Positions 1-9,362 of a stretch of DNA of 64,000 bases are shown here, piece after piece. Within the stretch, counting starts at the first letter, position 1. Every line of letters starts with the position of its first letter. The notes beneath the pieces are model-generated. The model had not been told where the DNA came from. It ran no database searches and saw nothing but the letters and a program-made list of their open reading frames with translations. The translations under genes and the position numbers were made by a program. Source of the DNA: an uncultured bacterium (GTDB lineage: Bacteria > Babelota > Babeliae > Babelales > Babelaceae); assembly GCA_963717435.1 (NCBI GenBank), contig OY970332.1, forward strand, positions 416,001 through 480,000. Direction: 5' to 3'.

Positions 1-215
1 GCTGTAGACGCACCATAAAAATCTCTTTTTAAGATTATCTCCGTCCAATTGCATTCCTCAGGCTCCTCAACGCAAGAAGCATTTATTGTTTTCGAAAGCG
101 CTCTTGCCATTGTGGACTTTCCACTTCCTGAGAGTCCGGAGAATGCTATAATTTTGCCCTTATTTGCACTTATTTGATTTAAAAATAAAATAAGAAATAT
201 AGCTATTTTTTTCAT
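1..215 (-). CDS. P-loop kinase (deoxynucleoside-kinase-like) with N-terminal signal peptide, partial (runs off window)
   Basis: Manual translation MKKIAIFLILFLNQISANKGKIIAFSGLSGSGKSTMARALSKTINASCVEEP; Walker A GLSGSGKST followed by an EP motif as in dNK-family kinases. Confidence 0.65.
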   Translation of the reverse strand, partial: MKKIAIFLILFLNQISANKGKIIAFSGLSGSGKSTMARALSKTINASCVEEPEECNWTEIILKRDFYGAST

Positions 216-360
216 TTTTAATCCTCACTGATTCTTACTATATAAAATTATATTTATTTTATTCTTTAAAAATAAAGTTGTCCCGAAATATTGAATTTTA
301 AAATTACAATAATGTAGACTTATATTTGAGTCGACCAATACGTTCTAGGATGGGGATATT

Positions 361-861
361 ATGATAAGAAAAAAATATTTAATAATAACTATTTTAATAA
401 CTATATTTTTCACTTCTTCAGTGAAAACTTTGACAATTCTTAACTATACAGACTTTGAAGGCTCCATAAAATTACAAGAAGTTAAATCTGGGTTTAATAC
501 TATTGAAAAATCAGAAAATTTATCTCAGCAGCTGTTCATTAAACCGAATTCTAAAATTTCCATAGAGATCGTCCCTAGTAAAATTCTTAAATTTGATGCC
601 TCTTTTCAAAAGAAAAGAAAGTGGGTTATAGGGTTTTTAGCTTACATACTCAATCCAATTAGTGATGAATTTGATATGACGGCAACAATTGGAAAAGATG
701 ATAAAAGTATAAATTCTCCAACGATAGATAATAATTGGGCATTAGCTTTAATAGAAAATGAGACTACCGGTGGAATAACCATCTTGGCTTTAGATCCTGA
801 AGCGAAAGAATTTTATCTCAAAAAATTTAGTCCGCTCACTGAGACATCAATTAAAACTTAG
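361..861 (+). CDS. Hypothetical exported protein
   Basis: 166-aa ORF with Sec-type signal peptide and GGATGGGG RBS-like sequence upstream. Confidence 0.6.
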   Translation: MIRKKYLIITILITIFFTSSVKTLTILNYTDFEGSIKLQEVKSGFNTIEKSENLSQQLFIKPNSKISIEIVPSKILKFDASFQKKRKWVIGFLAYILNPISDEFDMTATIGKDDKSINSPTIDNNWALALIENETTGGITILALDPEAKEFYLKKFSPLTETSIKT

Positions 862-966
862 CAGAAGAAATATCGTCAGGCACCCAATTTCTATGTTTTT
901 TTAAAAATAATCTTTTCATGTTATTATAGAAACATAAACTAATTAAAATAATTATTTGGGTGAATT

Positions 967-1314
967 ATGAAAAAACTTTTTATAGTAACTATCTTGTTTT
1001 CACTTTCAACACAAACGGTAAAACTACAATCTATAGAAATGTTAGTAATTCAATTCCGACAAGAAAGAATAGATTTCCCTGAGGGAACTGTAATTTATGG
1101 GTTCATAAATGAATTAGCTGATAAAGATTTAACACCAGAAGAGATGGTTAAGGAATTTAAAAATCATTGCAACCAAACAATGCCTTCGGATGTTCCATTG
1201 TCAACAAAAGTAAGTTTTACAAGATTATTTCTTAAAATACTAATTTCAAAAAATGGGACTCAAGAAGAGCTTGTTAAAATCCTTACACCAGGATGGATTG
1301 ATAAAAATTGGTGA
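967..1314 (+). CDS. Hypothetical exported protein
   Basis: 115-aa ORF with MKKLF signal peptide. Confidence 0.55.
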   Translation: MKKLFIVTILFSLSTQTVKLQSIEMLVIQFRQERIDFPEGTVIYGFINELADKDLTPEEMVKEFKNHCNQTMPSDVPLSTKVSFTRLFLKILISKNGTQEELVKILTPGWIDKNW

Positions 1315-1318
1315 AGTT

Positions 1319-1945
1319 CTAAAACTCATAGGCAAGACCGGCTCCAAATGTGAGGCCGCTAATTTGTACGCGAGCGCCCTGAGAATTTGGTATAGTGCTC
1401 TTGTAGCACAGTCGCCCGTATGAGTATTCACCAAACAGGTCCAATTTAAGACACTCATGTAGACTAAACATAAATCCTGTATTAACAAAAAGTCCCCAGC
1501 CATTAGAGCGCATATTTGGTGATACGTAAGTCGAATTATTATGCACTCTTGTAATAAAATATCGAGGTCCAAAAGTAAAATAATAACTGCTGGTTTTCTC
1601 ACAGTTTAGGTCAAACACAGGTTGCAATCCCAGACTTAATGGGACCGCCCATATGGATGTGTGTTGATTTCCCGCTAAAGAGCAACCTGATTTTTTAAAA
1701 TATTCTACGCTTCCATAAATACGTAAATAATTGATTATAGGGTATCCCCCGGAAACTTGAAAATCAAAACCGTCGCGATTATAAACTTTGGACATTGGAG
1801 AAGTGACGAAGAAAAAATATCCAAATTTAGTTTCTACATACGGATCCGGCTTGTTGCAAATTACTGCAGATATGTGAAAAAAATATGAACAAAAACAAAG
1901 TAGAGAAAAAAAATTAAGTTTAATTATATTATTTTTATTTTTCAT
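1319..1945 (-). CDS. Outer-membrane beta-barrel protein (small, OmpW/OmpA-barrel-like)
   Basis: Signal peptide, alternating aromatic/Gly strands, C-terminal beta-signal GAGLAYEF. Confidence 0.7.
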   Translation of the reverse strand: MKNKNNIIKLNFFSLLCFCSYFFHISAVICNKPDPYVETKFGYFFFVTSPMSKVYNRDGFDFQVSGGYPIINYLRIYGSVEYFKKSGCSLAGNQHTSIWAVPLSLGLQPVFDLNCEKTSSYYFTFGPRYFITRVHNNSTYVSPNMRSNGWGLFVNTGFMFSLHECLKLDLFGEYSYGRLCYKSTIPNSQGARVQISGLTFGAGLAYEF

Positions 1946-1970
1946 TATTATCTCGCTTTATAATTATTGT

Positions 1971-3266
1971 TTATAATTTATAATTTACAGTAACTGAGGG
2001 TGCATAGCTTGTGCTGCCTGCATTATTAAAAGCTTGTAATGTATAAGTACTGTTTTGTTTAAGTGGTTGATTATGATCCTGATAGGTGACAGCTGTTGGA
2101 GCAAGCGTCGAAATAACCTGACCATTTCGTGTTAAGGTGTACCCATTGATCTCTGAAACAGAAGATCCCCATGAGAGAGCATTAAAATGTTCTTGCGCAA
2201 CTCCAAAATTATTAATTTTTTGTACGCCTGAAAAATATAATGGCTGAAACAAAGGTGCGATTGTAACTCCCTCCGGACATGGGGCGTTCCCATTTATTCC
2301 GGGTATGGAAATTGTACCTACCTGTTGATTAGATTGCGTGCTAATTATTCCAATAAGTCCTGGAATTGTTCCAAAATTTCCTGAAAAATAGGCATAATTA
2401 CCATCGGGAGTGATACCGATTGCTTGAAGACCTCCAAAAGTAACCGGAATGGTAGCGACAGTTTGACCATTTCTGGTGTCCACAACAAAAACATAAGAAT
2501 TAAGAACATCTACCGTATAAATATAAAAACCATTTGGAGTAACAGCAAGCCCACCAAGTGAGTCGCCAGCACCAGGGCCTGTCAGATTAATCGAAGAAAC
2601 TGCATACGAAGCAGTGTTTATAACAGTTATTGTAGCCGGAGAGCTTTCATTTGACACATAGGCGTAATTCCCATCAGGACTAAAGACGATTCCAAATGGA
2701 TTATTAAAAATACCGGTAACAGTTTTTACGATCGAATTTGTTTGCGTCGAAACAACATATAAATTACCATCATTTCCCATAGCATATGCGTACTCACCAT
2801 TGGGCGTAATGGCCACATTAAAGGGGTAACTATTGGATGGAAAATTAATAACTGCCACAACAGTATTAGTAGCCGTGTTAATCACTGTTGCATTATTTGT
2901 TGTATTATCGCCACATATAACAACATACGCATACTTTCCATCAGGAGTGATTGCAACATCTTGAGGGAAAGAGCTGCCTGTAGCTGGTAAAGATATTGTT
3001 GCATAAGGAACATTATGTACCGCGTCAATTACGCTTACAGTATATTCACCAGAATTGGTAACATATAAATATTTTCCATCAGGTGTAAGCGCAGATGAGC
3101 TTGGATTTGCCCCAACGGGAATCGTGGCCACAATCGCATTTGATGCCGTGTTAATTACGCTGATTGTATTCGTGCCAAAATCGCATATATAAGCCATCGG
3201 AGGAATAGCAGTTAATACAGAACTATAAAAAAGCAATAAGAAAGACAATATTACCTTGTGATACAT
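1971..3266 (-). CDS. YVTN/YncE-type beta-propeller surface protein with C-terminal FN3-like domain
   Basis: Repeats of (VA)ITPDGKYAYV / YLYVTN / TVSVID; C-terminal LSW..GYTLTRNG..TYQD..YTLQAFN. Confidence 0.85.
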   Translation of the reverse strand: MYHKVILSFLLLFYSSVLTAIPPMAYICDFGTNTISVINTASNAIVATIPVGANPSSSALTPDGKYLYVTNSGEYTVSVIDAVHNVPYATISLPATGSSFPQDVAITPDGKYAYVVICGDNTTNNATVINTATNTVVAVINFPSNSYPFNVAITPNGEYAYAMGNDGNLYVVSTQTNSIVKTVTGIFNNPFGIVFSPDGNYAYVSNESSPATITVINTASYAVSSINLTGPGAGDSLGGLAVTPNGFYIYTVDVLNSYVFVVDTRNGQTVATIPVTFGGLQAIGITPDGNYAYFSGNFGTIPGLIGIISTQSNQQVGTISIPGINGNAPCPEGVTIAPLFQPLYFSGVQKINNFGVAQEHFNALSWGSSVSEINGYTLTRNGQVISTLAPTAVTYQDHNQPLKQNSTYTLQAFNNAGSTSYAPSVTVNYKL

Positions 3267-3458
3267 AATTTTTTATTCCCTCAAAAAAATTTCAAAATAT
3301 TGACGAAGCATAGCTCGAAAACATAACTAAGGCAATGCCCTCGTTTTTGCATAAAAACTTTCTGCTATACTCTATTAACGCGCCAATTTTCAGAATATAA
3401 TAGTATTGTTTTCAAAAGTTATAATCGAAAAGCTAAAAAACAACAGCGAGAATTTTTC

Positions 3459-4529
3459 ATGAAAAAAGTAATATTGATTTTTAGTTTAGTTATCCCGACT
3501 AGTTCGATCAAAAGTATGGATAGACTTACCAATATCAATAACAAAATAGAATCTAAAAAAACAAAAGTTTTAGCTATTCCAGATGCAAATGACATGGGCA
3601 GTGAAGCCGATTATATCGCAGAGATCTTGGGTGAAAATCAAGTCAGAGTAAAAAAAGTGTACAACCCAAAATGGCCTGACTTGGGGCAAGATAAATGCAT
3701 AAAATATTTGAAATATGAAATTGACACTTCTAATAAAACAGAAAAAATTATAATTCATGCAACGGGACAAGGCACCGCCACTGCTTTAAATTATCTTGGA
3801 GACGATAAAGATGCACATAAAATTGATGGGTTAATTTTAGAATCTGTAATCGCAAGTGGCAATCAATATATAATAGATCTTCTAAAGTCATCCAACTCTA
3901 CATTTGTAAATTGGCCGTTGGCATATTACTGGTTGCCATATATTTCAATGGTCAGATGCTTTGTTCCATCATATTCACCATCTGGCAAACAGGCTATCAA
4001 ATCTATTAGGTCGATACCAATAAATATACCCGTTATAATTATCAACACCAAAAGAGATACTCAGGCATATGATGCCGCATCTGCGTTATATTATGGTCTA
4101 AAAGAACATGGTAACTATGTATATTTAATTGGCGACTCAAAGACAAGAAGTGTACGACTTATCGAATCTCTTGAAGAAAAAAATCTTATTCAAAGTATTT
4201 TGAAAAATCATAAATTAATTAAAGGCAAAAAGAAGCAGGAAGAAACAGATTTAAGCGTGACTAAACCAGACCGCAGACTATCCAAAAAGATTTATGATGA
4301 TCTGCTTTCTAAAGAATATAAACATGAAGGAATAAAGCTCCTGGTTATTTCTGCCATCGTTGTCATTGTCGGGTCAGTTTTAATAATAATAGTTTGTAAA
4401 GTTTTAATAAAAGTAATGGAAGAAGATACATTTCCAGATCATATTGATTCGACAACACTTGATGAAAAATTCTTAGAACAAGAAAAACTTTTAGATCAGT
4501 CTATTCTATTTTTAAAAAAGGTGGGGTGA
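3459..4529 (+). CDS. Exported alpha/beta-hydrolase-fold protein with C-terminal TM helix, probably inactive
   Basis: IIIHATGQGTATALNY elbow-like segment lacking the nucleophile Ser; IDGLILES strand; hydrophobic LLVISAIVVIVGSVLIIIVC. Confidence 0.55.
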   Translation: MKKVILIFSLVIPTSSIKSMDRLTNINNKIESKKTKVLAIPDANDMGSEADYIAEILGENQVRVKKVYNPKWPDLGQDKCIKYLKYEIDTSNKTEKIIIHATGQGTATALNYLGDDKDAHKIDGLILESVIASGNQYIIDLLKSSNSTFVNWPLAYYWLPYISMVRCFVPSYSPSGKQAIKSIRSIPINIPVIIINTKRDTQAYDAASALYYGLKEHGNYVYLIGDSKTRSVRLIESLEEKNLIQSILKNHKLIKGKKKQEETDLSVTKPDRRLSKKIYDDLLSKEYKHEGIKLLVISAIVVIVGSVLIIIVCKVLIKVMEEDTFPDHIDSTTLDEKFLEQEKLLDQSILFLKKVG

Positions 4530-4550
4530 AGCCCGCCGGAGGCACTTTTT

Positions 4551-5330
4551 ATGAAAATACCATTAACAATTTTGATTTTTGCTATCAGTTTAAACTTAAT
4601 GGGAATGGATAATAATGTTTCTAAAAATCAACAAGAAATAGTTAATTCTACTTCTGATCAGTTATTTACAGATATTAACCGTCTACACAGCTATGCGCAT
4701 ATACCCAAAGAGCTTAAGAATTTAAAGAAAAAATTAAATTCTGAATTTATGAAAGAAGCTAAAATTAACGATTTAGTTTCATACATTTATTATCCTAGTA
4801 TAGTTATCGGCGGCCATTCTGAAGTAGAAGCGGAAGGAATTTGTGCTGATATTGATTTTTTTAAAAAAACAAAGTTATTAGACCACAGATTGCGTAAAAT
4901 TCGTAGAGCAGCGTCTTCAGAAATGAATTTCCCATTTTTTCGTTATGTTATTGCAGTAACTCCAGAACAACTGGCAAAATTAAGAGAAAATATCAGCGAA
5001 AGCACTCCAGGCCATTGTGCTTTTGCTTCGCTTACAAAACTTTCAAAAAATTGTAATTATAATGTGCCATTTTTATTTAAACTACCGCCGCCATTGGCCT
5101 CTGGGTTATACCTACACTGTGCAAAAGCCTTGGGATCAAAAAGAATTTCCAAAATAGAATTTTACGGCAATGAAAATCGGATAAAAAATCTAATAATATT
5201 ACCAGGAGTTCTTACAGACTCTATTGTTATATTAGGAGTGACAGGCATACTAGTAGTAATAATTGTTACTACTGTGTTATTAAGCAACATAGATACAAAT
5301 AGTACTTGCTCAATCGAAGAATATCAATAA
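4551..5330 (+). CDS. Hypothetical exported protein with C-terminal TM segment
   Basis: Signal peptide ending LMG-MDN; long hydrophobic C-terminal stretch. Confidence 0.6.
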   Translation: MKIPLTILIFAISLNLMGMDNNVSKNQQEIVNSTSDQLFTDINRLHSYAHIPKELKNLKKKLNSEFMKEAKINDLVSYIYYPSIVIGGHSEVEAEGICADIDFFKKTKLLDHRLRKIRRAASSEMNFPFFRYVIAVTPEQLAKLRENISESTPGHCAFASLTKLSKNCNYNVPFLFKLPPPLASGLYLHCAKALGSKRISKIEFYGNENRIKNLIILPGVLTDSIVILGVTGILVVIIVTTVLLSNIDTNSTCSIEEYQ

Positions 5331-5491
5331 ATTATTTAGATATTAAATTAAGTAATATATTTCAAAAAACAACAGGAAATCGCATGAAAAAATTTATTTC
5401 AATATTACTTTAAAAAAACGCATATGATATTTATAAAAAATTTAGCAAAATATTGTTATCATCAACACACAAGAATTGGAAGGACAATTTT

Positions 5492-6016
5492 ATGTTCAAA
5501 AAAATATTTTTACTGGGAAGTTTTATTTTTGTAAATTCGGCCGTGCCAATGGAGAATCAAATCAATAGCCGAAATGTTTTTGGCCATACTCCTCTGCATT
5601 ATTGCTCAATGTTGCCTGAAGAAATAATTAATTGCTATTTGCCGCATAAGGATGAGCCCCTGGCGGCATTATTGATAAGCCACCAACAGTCGCTTATAAA
5701 TGATTTACCAAAGCGTGACGCGGCTTCGTCAAATTTTGCTGGGAAGGGATATTGGATGGGAGCAGATATTTATATTAAAGATAATTCAGGATTAAGCGCT
5801 TGGGATTATGCCCAAAAAAATAAAAACAAGCTACCTAATGTATTTAAAGTATTTAATGCGGTGAATATTATTAATACTGCAAAAGGCAAGTTGCCTAAAA
5901 CGGATAGCAATGGTGCATATTCTTGGGACCAACTTGCAAATATGCACCCCATGTCAGATCAAGAACTTATTCAATGGGCAGAGGCAGAAGCTGTACTAGC
6001 TCCTTATAAAAATTAA
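5492..6016 (+). CDS. Exported ankyrin-like protein
   Basis: NSRNVFGHTPLHY and GADIYIKDNSGLSAWDYA ankyrin fragments; ATG at 5492 after GGAAGGA RBS is more likely than the 5453 track start. Confidence 0.65.
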   Translation: MFKKIFLLGSFIFVNSAVPMENQINSRNVFGHTPLHYCSMLPEEIINCYLPHKDEPLAALLISHQQSLINDLPKRDAASSNFAGKGYWMGADIYIKDNSGLSAWDYAQKNKNKLPNVFKVFNAVNIINTAKGKLPKTDSNGAYSWDQLANMHPMSDQELIQWAEAEAVLAPYKN

Positions 6017-6019
6017 AAT

Positions 6020-6153
6020 TGCTCTTGTAGCATAGGCGCCCACAAGAGTATTCACCAAACAGGTCTAATTTAAGACACTCACGTAGAGTAAACATAAATC
6101 CTGTATTAACAAAAAGTCCCCAGCCATTAGAGCTCATATGCGCTGATATGTAA
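6020..6153 (-). pseudogene. Promoterless internal fragment of the 1319..1945 OMP gene, about 90% identical to 1396..1529
   Basis: Direct nucleotide alignment by eye (about 13 mismatches in 134 bp); frame open: YISAHMSSNGWGLFVNTGFMFTLRECLKLDLFGEYSCGRLCYKS. Confidence 0.85.
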
Positions 6154-6185
6154 AGTGTTTCGATTTTTTAAATTAAAAAAATAAG

Positions 6186-6893
6186 TTACTTACTATTTAA
6201 GCTAATTGCCTCAATCTCAACATGATCTTGATAATTGTGCTCGTTTATTGCCAGCTCAATATATGGTGGATATTTTTGTATCGTTGTTACGCCACAGGAT
6301 ACTAGAAAACTTTTTAAAAATCTTATCCCATCAAGATAAGACTTAGCAGGAGATTTAAGCTCTACTTCTATAAAAGTGCCCATTAATTTCATGTGTTCCG
6401 GTTCTGAAAATGTATCAAAAACCATCTCTATCTTTGATCCTCCATGTAAAATATCATATTTAATTCGTCGTTTTTTTAATTTAATTTTTTCACTGGAAGT
6501 TGTCCCGTATCCCAGATTTTGTAAAATCGCATCCATAGTTTCTGTGTTTTCTATTTTCACTTCATGTTCAATAACTGCGCCTGCAGATCGCTTTTTTAGA
6601 GTAATAAACGAACCTTTTGGCGTTTTGCGCAAGCGAAGATAATTGGACATTTTTTTATATCCGTCCAATTCTATTTTGGGTATGCAACTTGGCCCCATAA
6701 AATATGTTTCGGACATCTCAACAGTTGTGGGTTCATTTGCTTCTAATATTTTTTGCAGCGTGGCCGATTGGCCAGGCAAAATCTTAAATTTTAGTTCTAT
6801 TTCCTGGGGTTCATTAGAGTTATTGGGCTCATTTAAATCCATGCAAAAAGACGAAGTAGAACAAACTAAAAGCGAGAAAATATATTTTTTCAT
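6186..6893 (-). CDS. CYTH-domain protein (class IV adenylate cyclase/triphosphate tunnel enzyme) with signal peptide
   Basis: EIELKF (ExExK), YLRLRK, ITLKK, EHEV, KKRRIKY and FIEVE motifs. Confidence 0.85.
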   Translation of the reverse strand: MKKYIFSLLVCSTSSFCMDLNEPNNSNEPQEIELKFKILPGQSATLQKILEANEPTTVEMSETYFMGPSCIPKIELDGYKKMSNYLRLRKTPKGSFITLKKRSAGAVIEHEVKIENTETMDAILQNLGYGTTSSEKIKLKKRRIKYDILHGGSKIEMVFDTFSEPEHMKLMGTFIEVELKSPAKSYLDGIRFLKSFLVSCGVTTIQKYPPYIELAINEHNYQDHVEIEAISLNSK

Positions 6894-7122
6894 GTGGGTC
6901 CTAAAAAATCTGTAATTTTTTTAATTTTTAAATTAAAGTTTTTTGATAATTATATACAAAATATAACAAGCAGCCAGCTTGAATTTTAAAGTTTGTCCGA
7001 AAATTAAATTAGCCTTTTCAAAGGGCGAGTTTTTCAGTTCAGAACTGTTTATTTTTAAATTGTGATAATATAATATATTTGTTATATTTATATGGTAACT
7101 TTTTTATTCTTAAAGTGAGAGT

Positions 7123-7437
7123 TTGATGAGTAAAAGACCAACTTTTGATGAATTCAAAAAAAGAATGTTAAAAGATAAAGAAATTAAAGCAGAATATGAT
7201 TTACTAGAAGAAGAATTTGCCTTGCTTGAAAAATTCATCAAAGCAAGAAAAAAAGCTCGTTATTCTCAATTAGAACTTGCAAAGAAACTTAAACTTCAAC
7301 AACCATCTATTGCGCGCTTGGAAAAGGGCGGTTACTCAACAACCACTGTTGGTAAATTAGCTAGAGTTGCAGATGCCTTAGGCTATAAAATTAAAATTTC
7401 TTTATCGCCTAAAAAAGAATTGAAGAAAAAGTTGTAA
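7123..7437 (+). CDS. XRE-family HTH protein, HigA-like antitoxin with no adjacent toxin
   Basis: DKEIKAEYDLLEEEF...ARKKARYSQLELAKKLKLQQPSIARLEKG. Confidence 0.8.
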   Translation: MMSKRPTFDEFKKRMLKDKEIKAEYDLLEEEFALLEKFIKARKKARYSQLELAKKLKLQQPSIARLEKGGYSTTTVGKLARVADALGYKIKISLSPKKELKKKL

Positions 7438-7460
7438 TTTAAGCTAGCAACTTAATTTTA

Positions 7461-7487
7461 TTGGCATCGGCCGTAAGCCGGTGCCAA
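7461..7487. terminator. Hairpin between convergent genes
   Basis: TTGGCATCGGC-CGTAA-GCCGGTGCCAA followed by T-rich sequence. Confidence 0.7.
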
Positions 7488-7506
7488 TTTCATTGTTCTG
7501 TTTATA

Positions 7507-8898
7507 CTAATCCAAATCAAAATAATCTTCATATTTGGGGATAATCACAGTAAATCCAAAACGTTGTTCGATTTTTTCTTTTAAAGATTCAGCAGAAGCA
7601 GGTTCGCCGTGTGTGAGAAATATTTTTTTAGGTTTTTGCTCAAAACCGGACAGCCACTGCAATATATCGTTATAATCAGCATGAGCCGATAGCATGCTAA
7701 GTTTTTTTATCTGCGCTTTAACAATATGGGGGACGCCATAGATTCTTATCTTTTTTTCGCCGGAAATCAAAGCGTTACCGAGCGTGCCTTCTGCTTGATA
7801 GCCAACAAATAAAATCGTATTTTTCGGATCTGAAACAAATTTTTTTATATGATAAACCACTCGTCCACCGTCTGCCATACCGCTACCAGCTATAATTATC
7901 GCCGGATGCGTAAGATTATCTATTTCTTTCGATTCTTCGACAGTACGGATATATTTTGCAGTAGAAGTTAAATCTTGGCACAAAGACTGCTCCAAAAGGT
8001 GCTCTTCTTTGAATTTACAAAATAAGTTTGTTACTTCTATCGCCATCGGGCTATCCAAATATATTGGCAGATCTGGGATAGATTTATTTTTTTTCAGCAT
8101 ATAAAGACAATAAAGAAGCGTCTGAGTTCTCTCAACAGCAAAAGATGGGATCACAAGAACGCCATTTTTCTTAAAAGTACTGCTTATCACCTGCGCCAAC
8201 TCTTTAAATATGTCAGATTTGTCATGGACCCTGTCACCATAAGTTGATTCTAAAACTAAATAATCTGTCTGTTTAATATATGGCGGAGCTTTCATGAGCA
8301 ACTGGTGCTGCTGCCCCAAATCGCCCGAAAAAGTTAGCTTTTGATTGCCACCTGAAACTTCAACAAATGCTGAACCAAGAATATGGGATGAAAAAATCAA
8401 ATTAACAGTTAATGGCCCAATATTAATCGGGGAATTATAATCTATTGGATGAAAATATTGTAGAGACTTTTCAGCGTCTTCTATCGTATAAAGCGGCTTA
8501 ATTTCATGTGTATTATTTTGGTCCTGATTTTTGTGTCTGCTTTCATGCTTATTAATTAAATATGCATATTCTTCTTGCAAATTCCCACTATCCCGCAAAA
8601 CAATGGCGCTCAGCGCAGCTGTTGCCTTTGAGCAATAAATTGTTCCCTTAAAGCCATTTTTGATCAAAACTGGGATATATCCTGTATGATCCAGATGCGC
8701 ATGGGTCAAAACTATAGCATTGATTGTTCTAGGGTCCACTGGAAATGGGTCCCAATTCCGTTTGGCAATATGCCTTCCCTGAAACAGCCCGCAATCAACC
8801 AAAATTTTTGTATTTTCATGCTCAACTAAGTGTCTTGATCCTGTTACAACGCCATTAGAGCCCAAAAAGGTTATCTTCATTGTGATTGTCTTTGACAT
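7507..8898 (-). CDS. MBL-fold beta-CASP ribonuclease (YSH1/CPSF73-like)
   Basis: LVDCGLFQG, THAHLDH, ESTYG, GYQAEGT, LSAHAD and LTHGE motifs. Confidence 0.92.
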   Translation of the reverse strand: MSKTITMKITFLGSNGVVTGSRHLVEHENTKILVDCGLFQGRHIAKRNWDPFPVDPRTINAIVLTHAHLDHTGYIPVLIKNGFKGTIYCSKATAALSAIVLRDSGNLQEEYAYLINKHESRHKNQDQNNTHEIKPLYTIEDAEKSLQYFHPIDYNSPINIGPLTVNLIFSSHILGSAFVEVSGGNQKLTFSGDLGQQHQLLMKAPPYIKQTDYLVLESTYGDRVHDKSDIFKELAQVISSTFKKNGVLVIPSFAVERTQTLLYCLYMLKKNKSIPDLPIYLDSPMAIEVTNLFCKFKEEHLLEQSLCQDLTSTAKYIRTVEESKEIDNLTHPAIIIAGSGMADGGRVVYHIKKFVSDPKNTILFVGYQAEGTLGNALISGEKKIRIYGVPHIVKAQIKKLSMLSAHADYNDILQWLSGFEQKPKKIFLTHGEPASAESLKEKIEQRFGFTVIIPKYEDYFDLD

Positions 8899-9014
8899 AA
8901 AAAACCAGTTTATTTTTACTCATCAGGGAGTTTTACATTTTTGGGATCCCATTGTAAATAGTTCTTGCAATCAACATGATCAGAGCATTTAAATTGGCAC
9001 TAAAGGGAATCTCG

Positions 9015-9204
9015 TGTGGCCGCTCGCCCCCAGGCTTCACTAAAGTTTCGCCGGGCAGGCTGAGTGTATCGACTGCGTCCGTCGTAGTTTTAACGTAGAC
9101 GGAAGGGTCGGCCAGAAAGTTAATTCTGTATTTTTTCCCGGCGCACCCATTCGATACATTTTTCTACGCTCTAAAGAGCTACGAAAAACACTCAGGGCGA
9201 GCGC
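9015..9204. repeat. Modular palindromic element, copy A
   Basis: CCGCTCGCCCC...GAGTGTATCGA...TCGATACA...CACTCAGGGCGAGCG; near-identical inverted copy at 45024..45213. Confidence 0.9.
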
Positions 9205-9362
9205 CATCTTGGATCTCGTGCAAATCCAGCTTTTGCAACAATTAATCTATCTGCTATACTGGCTAATATATTGAATTATTTAACTAGTTGGAATTTTTAA
9301 GACTTATTCTAAGTTCAATAAAAGTTAAAAACCAAAACAATTAAACAAAGATAAATCAAAAA

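Noticed and set aside
5384-5413. RBS plus MKKFISILL-stop mini ORF
   Set aside because: Possibly a decayed signal-peptide gene start, but too short to support
9009-9220. ATCTCGTG on both sides of element A as a target-site duplication
   Set aside because: Weak similarity to copy B extends through these flanks and other copies show no equivalent duplication, so it cannot be called a TSD
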